Of a stretch of 64,000 nt of DNA, positions 35,033-47,300 are shown piece after piece (within the stretch, counting starts at the first letter, position 1; every line of letters begins with the position of its first letter). The stretch spans positions 1-64,000 of IMG/VR virus record IMGVR_UViG_3300025674_000016; one strand, written 5' to 3'. The DNA is from a virus. Under the pieces are notes generated by a model, which had not been told where the DNA came from, did not search any database, and saw only the letters and a program-made list of their open reading frames with translations. Position numbers and translations under genes: made by a program.

Positions 35033-35370
35033 TGGCTTGGTTGCTTGCGTTTTTTATAATTTTGAGCATTGCCTCGATTGCATTCAATGGGGTGCTCTTG
35101 TGGTATAACCGAGAAGCAGTTAAAAAAATAGTTTTTGTCTCGGACAACTTGGGCGACATGATGGGCTACTTTAAAGAGTTTCAGGTTCATCTTGAAAGCC
35201 TTTATGAAATGGAAGTGTTTTATGGTGACGAAACAATTAAAGGTCTTATTGATCACACAAAGTTCATGGTTGATCAAATAGGAGACTTTGAAGAAATATA
35301 TTCTCTAACAAGAGAAGAGGAAGAACAGGATGACGGAGAACTCGGACCCGAAGCCGAAGAAGAAGCGTAG
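35032..35370 (+). CDS. single-TM protein
   Basis: N-terminal hydrophobic helix; AGGAG SD. Confidence 0.75.
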   Translation: MAWLLAFFIILSIASIAFNGVLLWYNREAVKKIVFVSDNLGDMMGYFKEFQVHLESLYEMEVFYGDETIKGLIDHTKFMVDQIGDFEEIYSLTREEEEQDDGELGPEAEEEA

Positions 35371-36043
35371 AAAAAGAAAAAAGAATTTATATTTCACCTC
35401 TGTTCACGAAGAGGCTATCATTGAATATTCCAAGACAACCGACAAAAAGCGTCGTGGCGAGCTTTATGTTGAATTTATTCAACCAGCATTCAATGAAATG
35501 GTTGACAAGATAGTCTATACCTATAAGTTTACTTCTCTACCCAACATAGATTACCTGAAAGACGACTGCAAGATCTGGCTTACGATGATCTTGGATAAGT
35601 ACGACAAGGACAAAGGCTACAAAGCTTTTTCTTATTTTAGCATTGTCACAAAAAACTGGTTTATTCAAAAGGTCAAAAAAACAAAAGTCAATTGTCAAAG
35701 GGAAATCTCTTATGAAGATGCCTTTAAGGATGAGGACTCTCAAGCAGTAACCCACCATGAATATGAAAAGATAAGAGAAGAAGAGGAATTCTGGATGAGC
35801 TTTGCAGAAGAAATGCAAAGTTGGGATGAAGAACTTTTAAAAGAGAATGAACAAAAAGTCTTAAAAGCAGTCAAAATACTCTTTGAAAGTTGCGATGATA
35901 TAGAAATTTTTAATAAAAAAGCTATTTACCTATACTTGAGAGAGCTAACTGGTCTCAATACAAAACAAGTTGTAAGTAACCTAAACAAGCTTAGGGAAAA
36001 GTACAGGACTTTTAAAAAGAAATGGCACGACGGAAAGATCTAG
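35330..36043 (+). CDS. phage sigma-factor-like protein (candidate late sigma)
   Basis: L.KYD...G.KAFSYF..V.KN resembles sigma region 2; C-terminal HTH-like LRELTGLNTKQV...L.KLR. Confidence 0.65.
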   Translation: MTENSDPKPKKKRRKRKKNLYFTSVHEEAIIEYSKTTDKKRRGELYVEFIQPAFNEMVDKIVYTYKFTSLPNIDYLKDDCKIWLTMILDKYDKDKGYKAFSYFSIVTKNWFIQKVKKTKVNCQREISYEDAFKDEDSQAVTHHEYEKIREEEEFWMSFAEEMQSWDEELLKENEQKVLKAVKILFESCDDIEIFNKKAIYLYLRELTGLNTKQVVSNLNKLREKYRTFKKKWHDGKI

Positions 36044-36327
36044 ATTCCTATATTCAAGAAACAACAGACAACATCAGAAAAGATAGAGCTATGACCAATT
36101 TTTTGTTGACCGAGCTTATCCAAGAGATGAAAGCCGGAACACAACAAGAATATGGCCTTATTGCAGCAAAGTACGTTGAAACACTTCAGAGATCCAACGA
36201 ACAACTTGTAAAGCTCGCAGCACTGATTCAGAAAGATTCAAAGGGAGACCAAGGTCTCTCTCAAGAAGATAAACAAGATCTTTTTGATATGATTAATGCT
36301 GATGTAGGTGTAGATAGTGGCAGTTAA
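36022..36327 (+). CDS. hypothetical helical protein
   Basis: 101 aa, overlaps both neighbours. Confidence 0.75.
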   Translation: MARRKDLDSYIQETTDNIRKDRAMTNFLLTELIQEMKAGTQQEYGLIAAKYVETLQRSNEQLVKLAALIQKDSKGDQGLSQEDKQDLFDMINADVGVDSGS

Positions 36328-38335
36328 AAAGAACTCAGTAAACTTAACAGGAAAGCCTGGCGACTATACATATGGAATATTAAATTCCATTGAGAGGCCA
36401 ATTATTGGAAAGGCTGTACCTTCGCACGGTTCTGATCCTTGGAGTATGCTTAGTGTTGTTGCTTCTGAGTTTTATAAAGTTGATGCCCTGAAGAACACTG
36501 GTCCCTATAGAGGAATAGTGTTAAGAGTAGAATCTGGACCAGAAAAGAAAGCAAAAACGGCGGAACAAGGCGGAGCTTTGTTTGACGATCCTGATGATGC
36601 AACACACTATATCTATAACAACGAAACAGTTGGCGGAGATCCACCCGAACTAGTAAGAATAAAAGTTAGAGTACCGGAACTCCACGCACACATTAAAGCT
36701 CCTGAAAACTGGGGGGACGTAGATGGAGACCATCAACTTGTTATAGATCTACACCCCACATACGTTGCACAGACGGATCTGGTTCCACAACCAGCTATAG
36801 GAGATATAGTTTGGGTTGATTATACAAATAAAAATGATTTTACAGACCCCATCTATATAAGGCCAGTTACAGAAAAGCAGCACTTTATTGAGCTAATAGA
36901 GGGAATAGTAAGTAAATATGCTTTTTTAAATTGCAACAAGACCACGGCGGCAATAAACATGCCAGGGATAAAAATATCAGATACAGTACCTTCTGTTAAT
37001 TATGCAGCCAACCAAAACTATCCAAAAGGAACTAGAACAGTTCCACCGGGAGAAATAACAGAAATTCTGGAAGCAGGAGAAAGCGAGGGCATTCAAGCAC
37101 CAGAATCAGAAATCTCTCCAATCTTAGCTAAGATTGCAAAAGATGCTGGCATAGTAATTAAAGCTTGGGTTGGGAGGGCGGCTGGCAACGGGTATCGTAA
37201 TGTTATAGTTATGATGCCCAAGACAACAAATTTGGACAATCCTTTCGAATTGATATATCATTTTCATGGACACGCTAGTTGGTTTTCTGGGGGCACACCA
37301 AAGCACATATTAGAAAACATGAAGACGCTATCCGAGCAAAAAAGAAATTTTGTCCTAGTATACCCTCAGATGCCTTGGGGTGGGAATCAAAAATCTCCAA
37401 ATTCTTTTTTATATAGCTCAAAAGTAAATGGAATAAATGATCGTGAACCGGGAGTGTTTCTGGGGCCGCCAGCGGGGACTTCAAAGGGCGGGTCTTTTCA
37501 AGCTTTAAATGATCAAGTGTTAACTGTAATTAAAGAAGTTTTAAAGGGTGCGTCTCAAAGCGACGAAAGCACAATGCAAATTGGATTTCTAACTGTTACT
37601 TGCCATAGTCGAGGTGGTATTGCGCTGGCCATGATAGCCGCTACGGGCGGCTTTATGGAGGTAAAGCCAGATAAGATTACCTTGGGCGACGCAGACTATG
37701 GATATGGAGGCCCACCAGGAGAATATCGTAGAACCGAAAAAACACACTTTAACACGTTTACTAATAAAGACAGAAATCGTTACTATAATTCTGAGTTTCC
37801 ACAAGAACTGCTTGATCCAGATACTCAACCGTATGGGGAATTAACGCCAAGCATAAGGCCAACCGATGTAGTTTGGGAGTACTATGTAAAGGGAGCCAAA
37901 AAATTAGTAGAATATAACTTATTAGTCATTTCTCCTGAAAGGAGAGGAGATAGCCACACAGAAAGCTTGGCAACCTTTCCAAGGGCGGCTGCGCAAGAGT
38001 TAATAAGTCGGAGAATAGGCAAAGCAGTACCATCATCAAATCAAAAAAGGTTTGTGGAGGAATATGAAGATGGGACAACGGCTTCCATTAATTATGTTCC
38101 TTTGAATAAATCTCATAGTAAGATAGGCAGCGAAGATACCATAATATATGCTGGCAGCAGAGAGGATTTGCCAGTAGATAATGACTCTGGCAAAGAAATA
38201 AACCCAGAGGACGAAATTCCTATTGGAGGTGGAGTTGGAGTTGGATATGGGGATGGAGGTGATGAAGGCTTCCTTGATGGAGAAAATGCAAGCTTTGAAG
38301 AAGCCCCACCCCCAGAAGACGAAACTGAAGGATAA
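36317..38335 (+). CDS. gp5-N/OB-fold-like baseplate hub domain fused to alpha/beta-hydrolase-like domain
   Basis: GIVLRV...RIKVRVPE...P.IGDIVWVDY; IYHFHGH, LVYPQ, TCHSRGG. Confidence 0.6.
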   Translation: MAVKKNSVNLTGKPGDYTYGILNSIERPIIGKAVPSHGSDPWSMLSVVASEFYKVDALKNTGPYRGIVLRVESGPEKKAKTAEQGGALFDDPDDATHYIYNNETVGGDPPELVRIKVRVPELHAHIKAPENWGDVDGDHQLVIDLHPTYVAQTDLVPQPAIGDIVWVDYTNKNDFTDPIYIRPVTEKQHFIELIEGIVSKYAFLNCNKTTAAINMPGIKISDTVPSVNYAANQNYPKGTRTVPPGEITEILEAGESEGIQAPESEISPILAKIAKDAGIVIKAWVGRAAGNGYRNVIVMMPKTTNLDNPFELIYHFHGHASWFSGGTPKHILENMKTLSEQKRNFVLVYPQMPWGGNQKSPNSFLYSSKVNGINDREPGVFLGPPAGTSKGGSFQALNDQVLTVIKEVLKGASQSDESTMQIGFLTVTCHSRGGIALAMIAATGGFMEVKPDKITLGDADYGYGGPPGEYRRTEKTHFNTFTNKDRNRYYNSEFPQELLDPDTQPYGELTPSIRPTDVVWEYYVKGAKKLVEYNLLVISPERRGDSHTESLATFPRAAAQELISRRIGKAVPSSNQKRFVEEYEDGTTASINYVPLNKSHSKIGSEDTIIYAGSREDLPVDNDSGKEINPEDEIPIGGGVGVGYGDGGDEGFLDGENASFEEAPPPEDETEG

Positions 38336-38359
38336 TTTTTTTAATAACGAGGTTTTATA

Positions 38360-40318
38360 GTGGGAGAAACAAAAACAAATCCAGAAAGACCAAAAGTATC
38401 TGGAACTAGAACAGAAGCAAGGCCCCCAAACGAAAAAGAAGGCGGTGGCCCCCTAGGCGACCTTAAGAATCTTGCGGAAGAAACAGCGGAAGAAGCAGTT
38501 GCTCAACTGGGCGCACCAAGCAAAGTAAAGTCACAATACTCCGATCTTGTAGAGGAGCCAGAGAAGTATAAAGAAAGCAGAGTTAGGTTAAAAAATTTTA
38601 CAGGAATACCGGGTGCGCCTAGCTATGGAGGGTTTCCAAATAACCCATATAGTTATGTCAACCCCGACACCCAGATAAAACTTTTAGTCCCAGTTCCATC
38701 TGTGGACCCCAATAAACAACAATACCTTCATGTCTTGGCAGCAAAAAGATTAAAACTGCTAAATGAAAAATGGCAGAAAGACCACCCAACTAAAGAAGAA
38801 CTCAAGCTTTGTAGTGGTTTTAGGCCAAATAGATTTCCTAAAGGTTCTCAAATAAAAAACCCTAAATCTTATCATCTTTTTTGTAAAGGAAAAGGTTATT
38901 GGTTGCCGAATATGTCGCCGTGGGGACCAGGCGCCGCTAGTCCTAGTGCAATGGGCTTGACCGGCTCTCTTGATCAAAGCAAGAGGTGTAATAAGTGGAT
39001 TGCTTACTATTCACCTCACGAAACGGGTCTAGCAATGGATTTTGGAAACCACGGTTTAACGGCTTCATCGCAAGTAAAAGGGCAGAAAGAAACCCCACTA
39101 TTTAAATGGCTCCAGCAAAATGCTCACTTATTTGGCATAACACCGCTCTTGCATGAAGCTTGGCACTGGGAGGTCAATGTACCAGTTGAGGCTTGGCGTA
39201 CTGGAGAAGAATTTGTAGAAGGAGATGATTACGCTGTTAGGGTTAAGGGAGACGGAAAGCGAGGGGACATAATACAGTCGGCAGGCGGAACGGGTGTCGG
39301 AAACCCAAGCCAAACTCCTCCATGCCCACCAACAAGTCTTTTGGGAGGAGAAGAAGAAAAAAAACGAGTATTGCCAGATTTAAGAACATTCTCAGTACAA
39401 GAACCAAAATATGGAGCCGATCCAGGAGTTAAGTTTAAAGGACTGAGGGAGAGATCATTAGACAGTATTGTGAATATTGTTATACATGACACAGCGGGCT
39501 TTTGGAATACAGTTGAGGCACCGCCCGGAGTTGGGAAAAACGGCAAATCAAAAGAAAGATTGTGCATAGCAGTATTAGCAGAAAAAGGAGCAAGCGTTCA
39601 CTTTACCATAGGAAGAGGTGGCGGAGTAAGGCAGCATGCCGATCTTAAAGAAAGGTGTGGTCATATAAGCGGTAGAATAAATCCAATATCTATTGGATTA
39701 GAATTTATCAACCCAATAAGCCTAACAAAAGACAAGGCCAAGAAGTTTGCCAAACAGACATTGGGAAAAAATGCTTTAGAGATGCACCCTATAATAGAAA
39801 AAGGAAATATATGGCCAGGAGGTGGAGCGAAGCCTTATTTTATCGCAAATACTTTCTATGCTTGCAAAGCACTATATGAACTAATAGATAAAATAATAAA
39901 ATCGGAACATTGTAAAAACCTTCGTCATGAATACCCATGTACAGAAGGAGGAGCGCTCTACCATAAAGACGACCGCCATAGGCAACCAGGTATCTTTGCC
40001 CATAGAAGAGAACAGACAAACAGAACAGATGGAATGTTTGGCGAATATTATTGTGCGCGGAAGAAGTTGCATCCTGATGAGAGCTACGCGGAGTGCTGGT
40101 ATCAAACGATGTCTGTGTTTATCGAGAAATCAAAGGGCAGCGATCCTAAAGCAGGTTATCCAGACCCAAAAACATACAAAAAAGACGGGGCAAAAAAGTT
40201 TGTTGAAGACGAACTAAATAGAGTTGCAAAGCTTTTGGTTGGAGAGGATAAGCCAGAGGCAGAAACACCGCCAGCAGAACCGCCACCAGAAACACCAGCA
40301 GAACCGCCTGCGGAGTGA
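38360..40318 (+). CDS. virion-associated peptidoglycan hydrolase: M15 (VanY-like) peptidase plus Amidase_2
   Basis: SGFR...SPHETGLAMDF...WL..NA..FG...EAWHW; IVIHDT...SVHF.I...SIGLE...AH. Confidence 0.85.
   Translation: MGETKTNPERPKVSGTRTEARPPNEKEGGGPLGDLKNLAEETAEEAVAQLGAPSKVKSQYSDLVEEPEKYKESRVRLKNFTGIPGAPSYGGFPNNPYSYVNPDTQIKLLVPVPSVDPNKQQYLHVLAAKRLKLLNEKWQKDHPTKEELKLCSGFRPNRFPKGSQIKNPKSYHLFCKGKGYWLPNMSPWGPGAASPSAMGLTGSLDQSKRCNKWIAYYSPHETGLAMDFGNHGLTASSQVKGQKETPLFKWLQQNAHLFGITPLLHEAWHWEVNVPVEAWRTGEEFVEGDDYAVRVKGDGKRGDIIQSAGGTGVGNPSQTPPCPPTSLLGGEEEKKRVLPDLRTFSVQEPKYGADPGVKFKGLRERSLDSIVNIVIHDTAGFWNTVEAPPGVGKNGKSKERLCIAVLAEKGASVHFTIGRGGGVRQHADLKERCGHISGRINPISIGLEFINPISLTKDKAKKFAKQTLGKNALEMHPIIEKGNIWPGGGAKPYFIANTFYACKALYELIDKIIKSEHCKNLRHEYPCTEGGALYHKDDRHRQPGIFAHRREQTNRTDGMFGEYYCARKKLHPDESYAECWYQTMSVFIEKSKGSDPKAGYPDPKTYKKDGAKKFVEDELNRVAKLLVGEDKPEAETPPAEPPPETPAEPPAE
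40258..40315 (+). repeat. degenerate CCAGCAGAA(A/C)C repeats encoding a Pro/Ala/Glu tail
   Basis: AETPPAEPPPETPAEPPAE. Confidence 0.55.
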
Positions 40319-40350
40319 ACAACATAGTTTTAGAGATTTAGGAAATAAAA

Positions 40351-41313
40351 ATGACGGTTATAAGAAGGACAAAAATTCTAGATGGATTGAGCAAAACAAA
40401 AAAGAAAAATCAATCCGCCGTTGCAGGTACTAGTAGAGACTGTATGACTCTGGGCAAGTGCGATACTGGCGACAGCCCTAAGTTAGATAATATTATTGAT
40501 GATAGCGGAACACAGACATGCGAAATAATTTATTCTAATGCGCATAATGCTTCCATAGTGTTAGGCAGGGATAGACCAGGCCACGTCAATTCAGGATATG
40601 GCGGCAGGGGCGACTCTCATTGTGCATCCATTGATATAGTTGCTGGCAGGATGGCAAGCAAGGCAAAAACTGGAGTAGAAAGCAGCAGCGGCCTATACGA
40701 ACAACTATATGTAAACCCAGACTTCAAGACTGATGCGGCTAGAATTTATATTAGTCAAAAAACAGATGTTGATAGAAACTTTAGACTACCACAAGGATCA
40801 ATGCCTTATGCAACAACAAGATCGGCAATAGCCATGAAAGCAGATGGAATTAGAATAATTGCCAGAGAAGGAATAAAATTAGTTTCAGGAGCAGAGGAAA
40901 TAAACTCTCAGGGATCTAAAATATCTACTGCTGTTTACGGTATAGATTTAATTGCAAACAATGATGATTCTGATTTGCAACCTATACCTAAAGGAGATAA
41001 CCTACAAGAAGCACTAGAAACACTAGCCTCAAATTTAGATGACCTTGCAGGTATAGTTAATTCTTTCCTGATATCTCAGATGTACTACAACACAACAGTC
41101 CAACTTCACACACACAATTCTCCCTTTTTTGGAATTCCTGTTACTTTGTCTCCCAGCCTGCAAATCAGCAATCCACAAACCAACATTGATCTTGTAACAA
41201 AGTGTACTGCTGGTCTTTATTTTCATAAAGTTAACATGGCTTTGTGGAGATTGTCAAACTTGTCCCCAATGGGCGATAACTATATAAACAGTCTTTATAA
41301 TAATACTAATTAG
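40351..41313 (+). CDS. gp5-C/spike-like baseplate protein
   Basis: IVLGRDR, IDIVAGR, DAARIYISQ, K.D.IRIIAR, G..L...L, HTH metal-tip motif; baseplate context. Confidence 0.6.
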   Translation: MTVIRRTKILDGLSKTKKKNQSAVAGTSRDCMTLGKCDTGDSPKLDNIIDDSGTQTCEIIYSNAHNASIVLGRDRPGHVNSGYGGRGDSHCASIDIVAGRMASKAKTGVESSSGLYEQLYVNPDFKTDAARIYISQKTDVDRNFRLPQGSMPYATTRSAIAMKADGIRIIAREGIKLVSGAEEINSQGSKISTAVYGIDLIANNDDSDLQPIPKGDNLQEALETLASNLDDLAGIVNSFLISQMYYNTTVQLHTHNSPFFGIPVTLSPSLQISNPQTNIDLVTKCTAGLYFHKVNMALWRLSNLSPMGDNYINSLYNNTN

Positions 41314-41324
41314 GAAAATATAAA

Positions 41325-44300
41325 ATGAGCAACTTTGACCTACTAGAAAATGGTGTAGATAGACCCACAGAGAGACCCTCAGAAAGGTACGATAGACCAC
41401 CGAGTGCAGAATCCTATAGAAATACTGAAGCAACCCATTTTGTTCACTTTGTTTGGGATGAAAATTGGGATGAAGAAAATTGGCAATCTTCTTCACATTT
41501 AGTGAGAAGAGATTTATCGGGCACCGATTGGGATATAGTTACAAAAGATTGCGCTATTTTATATAGTGATCTTCCAAACTTGGAAAGCTCTACAGTTGTT
41601 GCTAGACTATCCCACAAATCTTTAGTTAATGTTATTAGAGAAAGGGTTGGTCCGAGCGGACTATATCATTATGTTAGAGTGACGAATACAAACCCATCTG
41701 TAGATGGCCTTGAGGGATATATAAACTATGAGCATTTAACAAAGTTGCCGGGAATTGCCCCTTCTCTACCAGTTACATTTCGATGCATAAAACAACACGA
41801 TAAAAATAGAGATTTTTGCTCGATAACCTCTACAAATTGGCATTCAACAACAGAGCCATATTTAGATACTTTTGATTGTAACTACAAAATAAATGTTGTA
41901 ACTGGCTATTCCGACACTGGAGACGGCTCTCTAAAACAAAGAATGCAAGAGCAGATACCTAGAGGAGTTCAAGAGTTATTAGTTTATTATGATAAAGAAA
42001 GATCACCAGAGCAACTACAAAGACTATTGGGCGCATTTAGATTTGCGGAAGCTACTAGTTGGAACTTAGATCTACAAGATCAAGGTTCAAGATTGAAAGT
42101 TCTTGTAACTGTACCTGCAAGATATTTTGATGCAATACCAGACGCCTCATCAAAACTATCGTCAGTTGGAGATGGGGTTGTGAGATCTGCAACTCTGGAG
42201 TCCTCCAACATAGATAGAAGAATAGAAAGACTAGCTAAGAAAATGAGATCTTGGCATAGATCTTCAAGTTGGGAAAAGTCCAAAAGCCTGTACAGTGGCC
42301 CAGAGCCCTTCTATAAAGAATACAGTTTTTCTGAAGAAGCATCTAGGCTAGAAGCGTTTTTATCTGGCTTGAGAAGGCTATTAGCTCTAAACAGAAAAAG
42401 TATAAGAGCCAGATCAAACGATACAATAGAAATTGGTATGGATGCAGAGTATAAGCTATCTTATGTGTTGGTCAACGATGATAGTGGCACTCATAGAATG
42501 AAAATTGGCATTAACAAGCTAAAACAAATGGAGCCATTCAACCACCAAAGAACAATGGCTTATATTTTTTATCTTTATGAAATTTCTAATGAATTTAAAA
42601 GATCTAACGGTATTAAAGGAGGTTGGCCAGTATTTCTAAAGAAGTACACCTTCCCACCACCCAACCAACAACCAGCCTCTAAGAAGAAAAAATGTAAACC
42701 AACAATTAAAGATCCTTTCAAGTGTATGCCAAAAGAGTTTCAGGACTTTGCAAAAGGGCACCTTAATAATGTTAAGTGTGAAGATCTACCAGCAGAGATG
42801 AGAACCACCCCAATGAACTTGGGCTCCTCTGAAATAAATATGTTTTATGAAGCTCTAGAGAGTGGAGAGTGGAGCAATTACGAAGATAGGTTTGCCAAAG
42901 TTAGAACGCAAGCAGAAAATATAATTTCTAAAAAATCAATAAAAGAATTTAAAGAACAAATAAGAAGAGAAAACCAACAATTTGATGGAAGTTATGATTT
43001 TGTTGGTGATCCCTTTGTTGAAAGCCTAGACAAGCGCCTGCAAAAATATGGATCAGAAGAGTACGCTGAGGAATTTGAAAATAAATTATTTGACAAGTTT
43101 ATGAAAGATGTTGTCGTTAAGGTGGATATAAAAGGCGCCATCTCAACTCTCCATCAATGTCTTTGTGATGAATTGCAAAGACAAGTTGATATTCTAATAA
43201 ATAATTTACAAGACAGAGATCACCCAGCCGTTAGAGCAGCAGAGCTTACTGCAAGTGCTGCTGGGTGTGGCAATCCCTGTCAAGTCTTGCCGATTCTTTG
43301 CAGTTGTCTGCCAATACCTTGGCCCTTGAAGTTTGATTTACCGGCAAAATTCTCCATACCAGATATCATGAGATATCTGACCGCTGCAATTATTGATGCA
43401 ATTATATCAGCAGCGTTTAAGTTTTTGCTTGATTTGATAAAAGCAATTATCTCTGAAACTATTAAATGTGATAGATCTTCTGATGTTTCAAGAGACTTCA
43501 AAAAGCAATTTGAATTAAATTATCCTTTTGCTGAAACAAACTTTTCAAAAGAAGAAATAGAAGACACGCTATCAAAAAATGAAATGCCCAGCGAGCTTGT
43601 GGATATAGATAAAATAAATTCTCTTATAACTGAGACTGTTTTATTGTTGACGCCTCGTGAATTTTGTAACTTGATCTCTGGAGAACCTTCTTTGTCTGCA
43701 ATCGAAGCAGTATCATTTTTAATAAATGAGAGATACCCAGACTTTAAAGAAAATTTCTCAACTCATGAAAAAATAAAAACTCTATATTCTTCTATAGGGG
43801 ACATGATAGACCCAGATATTTGTAGAAACTTAGATCAAATACTGGATTCTGTTCCAATAGAGCCGGGAAACTATATTTGTGATGAAACTAATTTAAGAAG
43901 CGATATTGCCTCTGGCAAAGCTACTCGTGAACAAATTGGAGAAATCATGATAGAGGCTTCAAAATGCTCTAGCGAGAAATTGGAAACAATAACTAATCTA
44001 ACTAGAGATTTGGTAGCTGGCAATAGCATTATGGGTGCCTTAATGCCAGAGCTTATAAAGACACCAGCAAACCCAGGAGGAATAATACCAAGAGATCCTC
44101 CCCCTGTTTTATACATGACCAATCTTGCTAATGACTCAATTTTTAAAGGAGTTGAGAGAAGATTTTACACAGAAATGAATAGTCATGTCCCCACTCTTAT
44201 CACCACAAAGCAGATTCCTAGGGGGACCGGTGAGGGGTTTGTGAAATTTTTTGAAGACAACGGTTTCGCAGGGGAAGGTGACGCAGATCTGCAAAAGAGT

Positions 44301-47300
44301 CTTGGAAAAACAATTGCAGACGGGCTTGGAGAGATATTGACATACGAAGCGGTACGCCGGGAGGATTATGTTGATACATTAAATTTAGCTTCTCTAGACA
44401 TTCCAAGTAGATCAATATATCCAAGTGTAACCTCTGAGCAAAACTTCTCTCTTGGAGATAATCTATATGAATTGTTTCCAATACCCGGATTTAGCAACGG
44501 CTCTATAAATCAAGACCTCAGTCCACCAATAAGACAAGAAAGCTTGAGAGTGGAATACAATATCTGTGGAGAGACCGTTTCATCAGTTAACTTTAGCAGT
44601 ATAAGAGATGCCTATTCCGTTAGGATACAAGATACGCAGGATGCTACAAGAGGGCCATTGGACCTGATGACTTTCGATGGCAAGAAAAAGATAAAAGATA
44701 ATATCTTAGCACTTTACGAAGATTTTATAACTAGTGGAGAATACTCTCCCTCAAGAGAGTTACTATCGGTTATTTTATCTAATAAGTGGGCTTCTTTATC
44801 TGGGGCACCGGATAGCCTAAAAGACAAGCTCAAAGATCCAACATATGGTCTGAATAAGTTTCATGCAAATACCTTGTTTCAATTCGAAACAAATAAAATT
44901 TTATCTAGATTGGCAAAGATTTTCTCCAAATCTAGATTACTAGACTCTAGAAGAGTTGACTTTTTGCCGTTGCTGGGTAATGCAACAACTTTTGATGAAG
45001 CATTTGAAAACCTTAGATCAATAAGATTTAGCCCTGATCTAGATTGTGAAATAAAAGAACCTGGGCTTTTAAATCTTGATGACGTTATGTCTAAAGTCTT
45101 TAACTATTACAATAACGATCTACAGCAAGACCCTTCCATAAGATATGTCAACTCTTCAAACTACGGAGTGATCATGCTAATAGTCAGGGTTATCTGCATA
45201 CATGAAATATTAAATTCTGTATTTACTTTTGCACAATTTAGAGCCGAGAACATTTTAGAATCTGAATTGATGGTTCATTATTTACTTTCTAAATTTAGAA
45301 AAGAAATAGCAACTCAAACTTTTGTAAATCATCCAAATTTTTATGAAGAATTGAGATCTACTATTGGTGTTCTAATTGCACAAAGAAAATTTGTCGAGAA
45401 AGAAGACTTTGCTGATCCCTTTACCAATGAGCCTGTCGATGTAAGACTAGACCCTAGGTATGTTATGGAGCTAGTCCAATCAACTCAGCACGACCCAACA
45501 GGACTAATAGAAACTATTGACCTAGAGGAGCTTGATGGCGGTGAATTAGATTACAATCCTAATGGCTTAGATAGTGTTTTAAATTGCTATATTGCTGGGG
45601 TTGATCAACGGGAAGAGTCCGTTAATGAGTGCGTTCCACAAACAGAATCCGACGCTCTTAATGAAACATCAGACGGGACGCCAGTAAATTCAGGTAACGA
45701 GGAAATCTTAAACGATACAAGTGTCGCACAGCAAGACATGAGAGGCGGTAAAACTCCCGTAGGGTTTATGGAGTTCTTTGTAAAAGAACAACTTAAAGCA
45801 ATTTCTGGTGAGTTGGAAGTTTTATTGGGGACCGAAATAAATGATATTGATCAATATATGATTAATGGAATATCACGAACGACAGACGTGCAGTCTTTTT
45901 ATGCTGGCGATGGCTTCGATCCAAGACCACAAAACAGGCTATTTTTACAAAGTTCTAGAAGGGAAGGATCAATTAGTTTAGCCGCTGTTGCAGAATCAGA
46001 GCTTAGAGAAATATACGAGGTGTATAAGCTTTATCTGGAAACAGGCTCTTATGATACTAATTTTTTCTCTAGATTGTCAAGAATGCATCGTCGAGGTGAA
46101 ATTTCTGATCAGGTATACGAAAGATATATGTCACCTAGAAACATCACTGTAGAAAATAGAAATAGAAATATCATTAGGGACTTTGCGACCGGCGCGGCTG
46201 TCGGTGCTAGAGCGGGCGCGGTGACGGTGGGCGGAGCATTGGTCGGAGCATTCGTTGGGGGGTTTGTAGGTGCTTCAAGAGGAGAGCGGAGGAGAGATAG
46301 GGATAGAAGACAAGAATATTTCCAAGACAGGGACGAAGTGTTCGCCCTTTTGATGGAAGACTTGCAATCTTTATTTGTGCCCACTAGTCAACAAAGGATA
46401 TTGAATAATAAATTTGATTATTTACAAAATGGTGGCTTTATAACCGAAAGGTATGTAAGGGTGCGAGATTTAAGCGAACAAGAGTGGAATGAGTTAATAG
46501 ATAATCCAAACACCCCAGAGACAAAAGAAATAAAACAACTTTTGAAAGAAAAAATACTTGGTAGGCATGGAACTCTAAAAGGGGTTGTTTCTTTGCAGGA
46601 CTGGTATCGATTCAATTCGGACCTTGCAGACTTTCTTGTCAATCAGACAATAAGCCCTTATGACAATATTCGGACAATAAACCCTCGCGTCGCCGCAGTA
46701 ATCCTTAGAAAAGTCAACACTTGGTATAAAAGCGTAAAGTTTGGCAAAAGAATGTGTTATGTCTACCCTCTTCTTGAAGGTCTGAGTGGGGATGGCGATC
46801 AAGTCCAGTATCTACCGCAATTAAAAGAAGCAATAAATACCCTGCAAAGAGATATGCTTAAGCCAGAATTTTTTGACCAAGCAAGAAGAGAAAAAACTTT
46901 TATTTCCTTTGAGAGTGTTCAGACAGATTTTAGCGTGACAAACATCACAGAAACAGGAGACAGTATAGGTAAAGAACTCTCTGTTGCTAGGGATTATATA
47001 ATTTTTACAGTACCAGTTGTTAGTGCCGAGATGGAATTAACACTAGACTCCTTTAGAGGTTCTGGATTTGATTCTTCTGATTATGATTCATTTAACATTT
47101 ATGATCCATTTAACAATATGGACCATAATCCATATGTAAAAATGTATGAAGATCTATTTGAAATCAACTTGACAAATCAAATACTCAACAAAGATGAATA
47201 CAAAGCAATATTTGACTATATATTCCCTCTAGATAGATTTGTTTCTTTATTAACTATTTATACTGCTGAGTATGTTGCTGGTTTGCCAGGCAGAAAAGAA

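Noticed and set aside
38333-38360. Read-through fusion of the two same-frame gp5-region ORFs
   Set aside because: Three in-frame TAA codons lie in the gap and the second ORF has its own GAGG SD.
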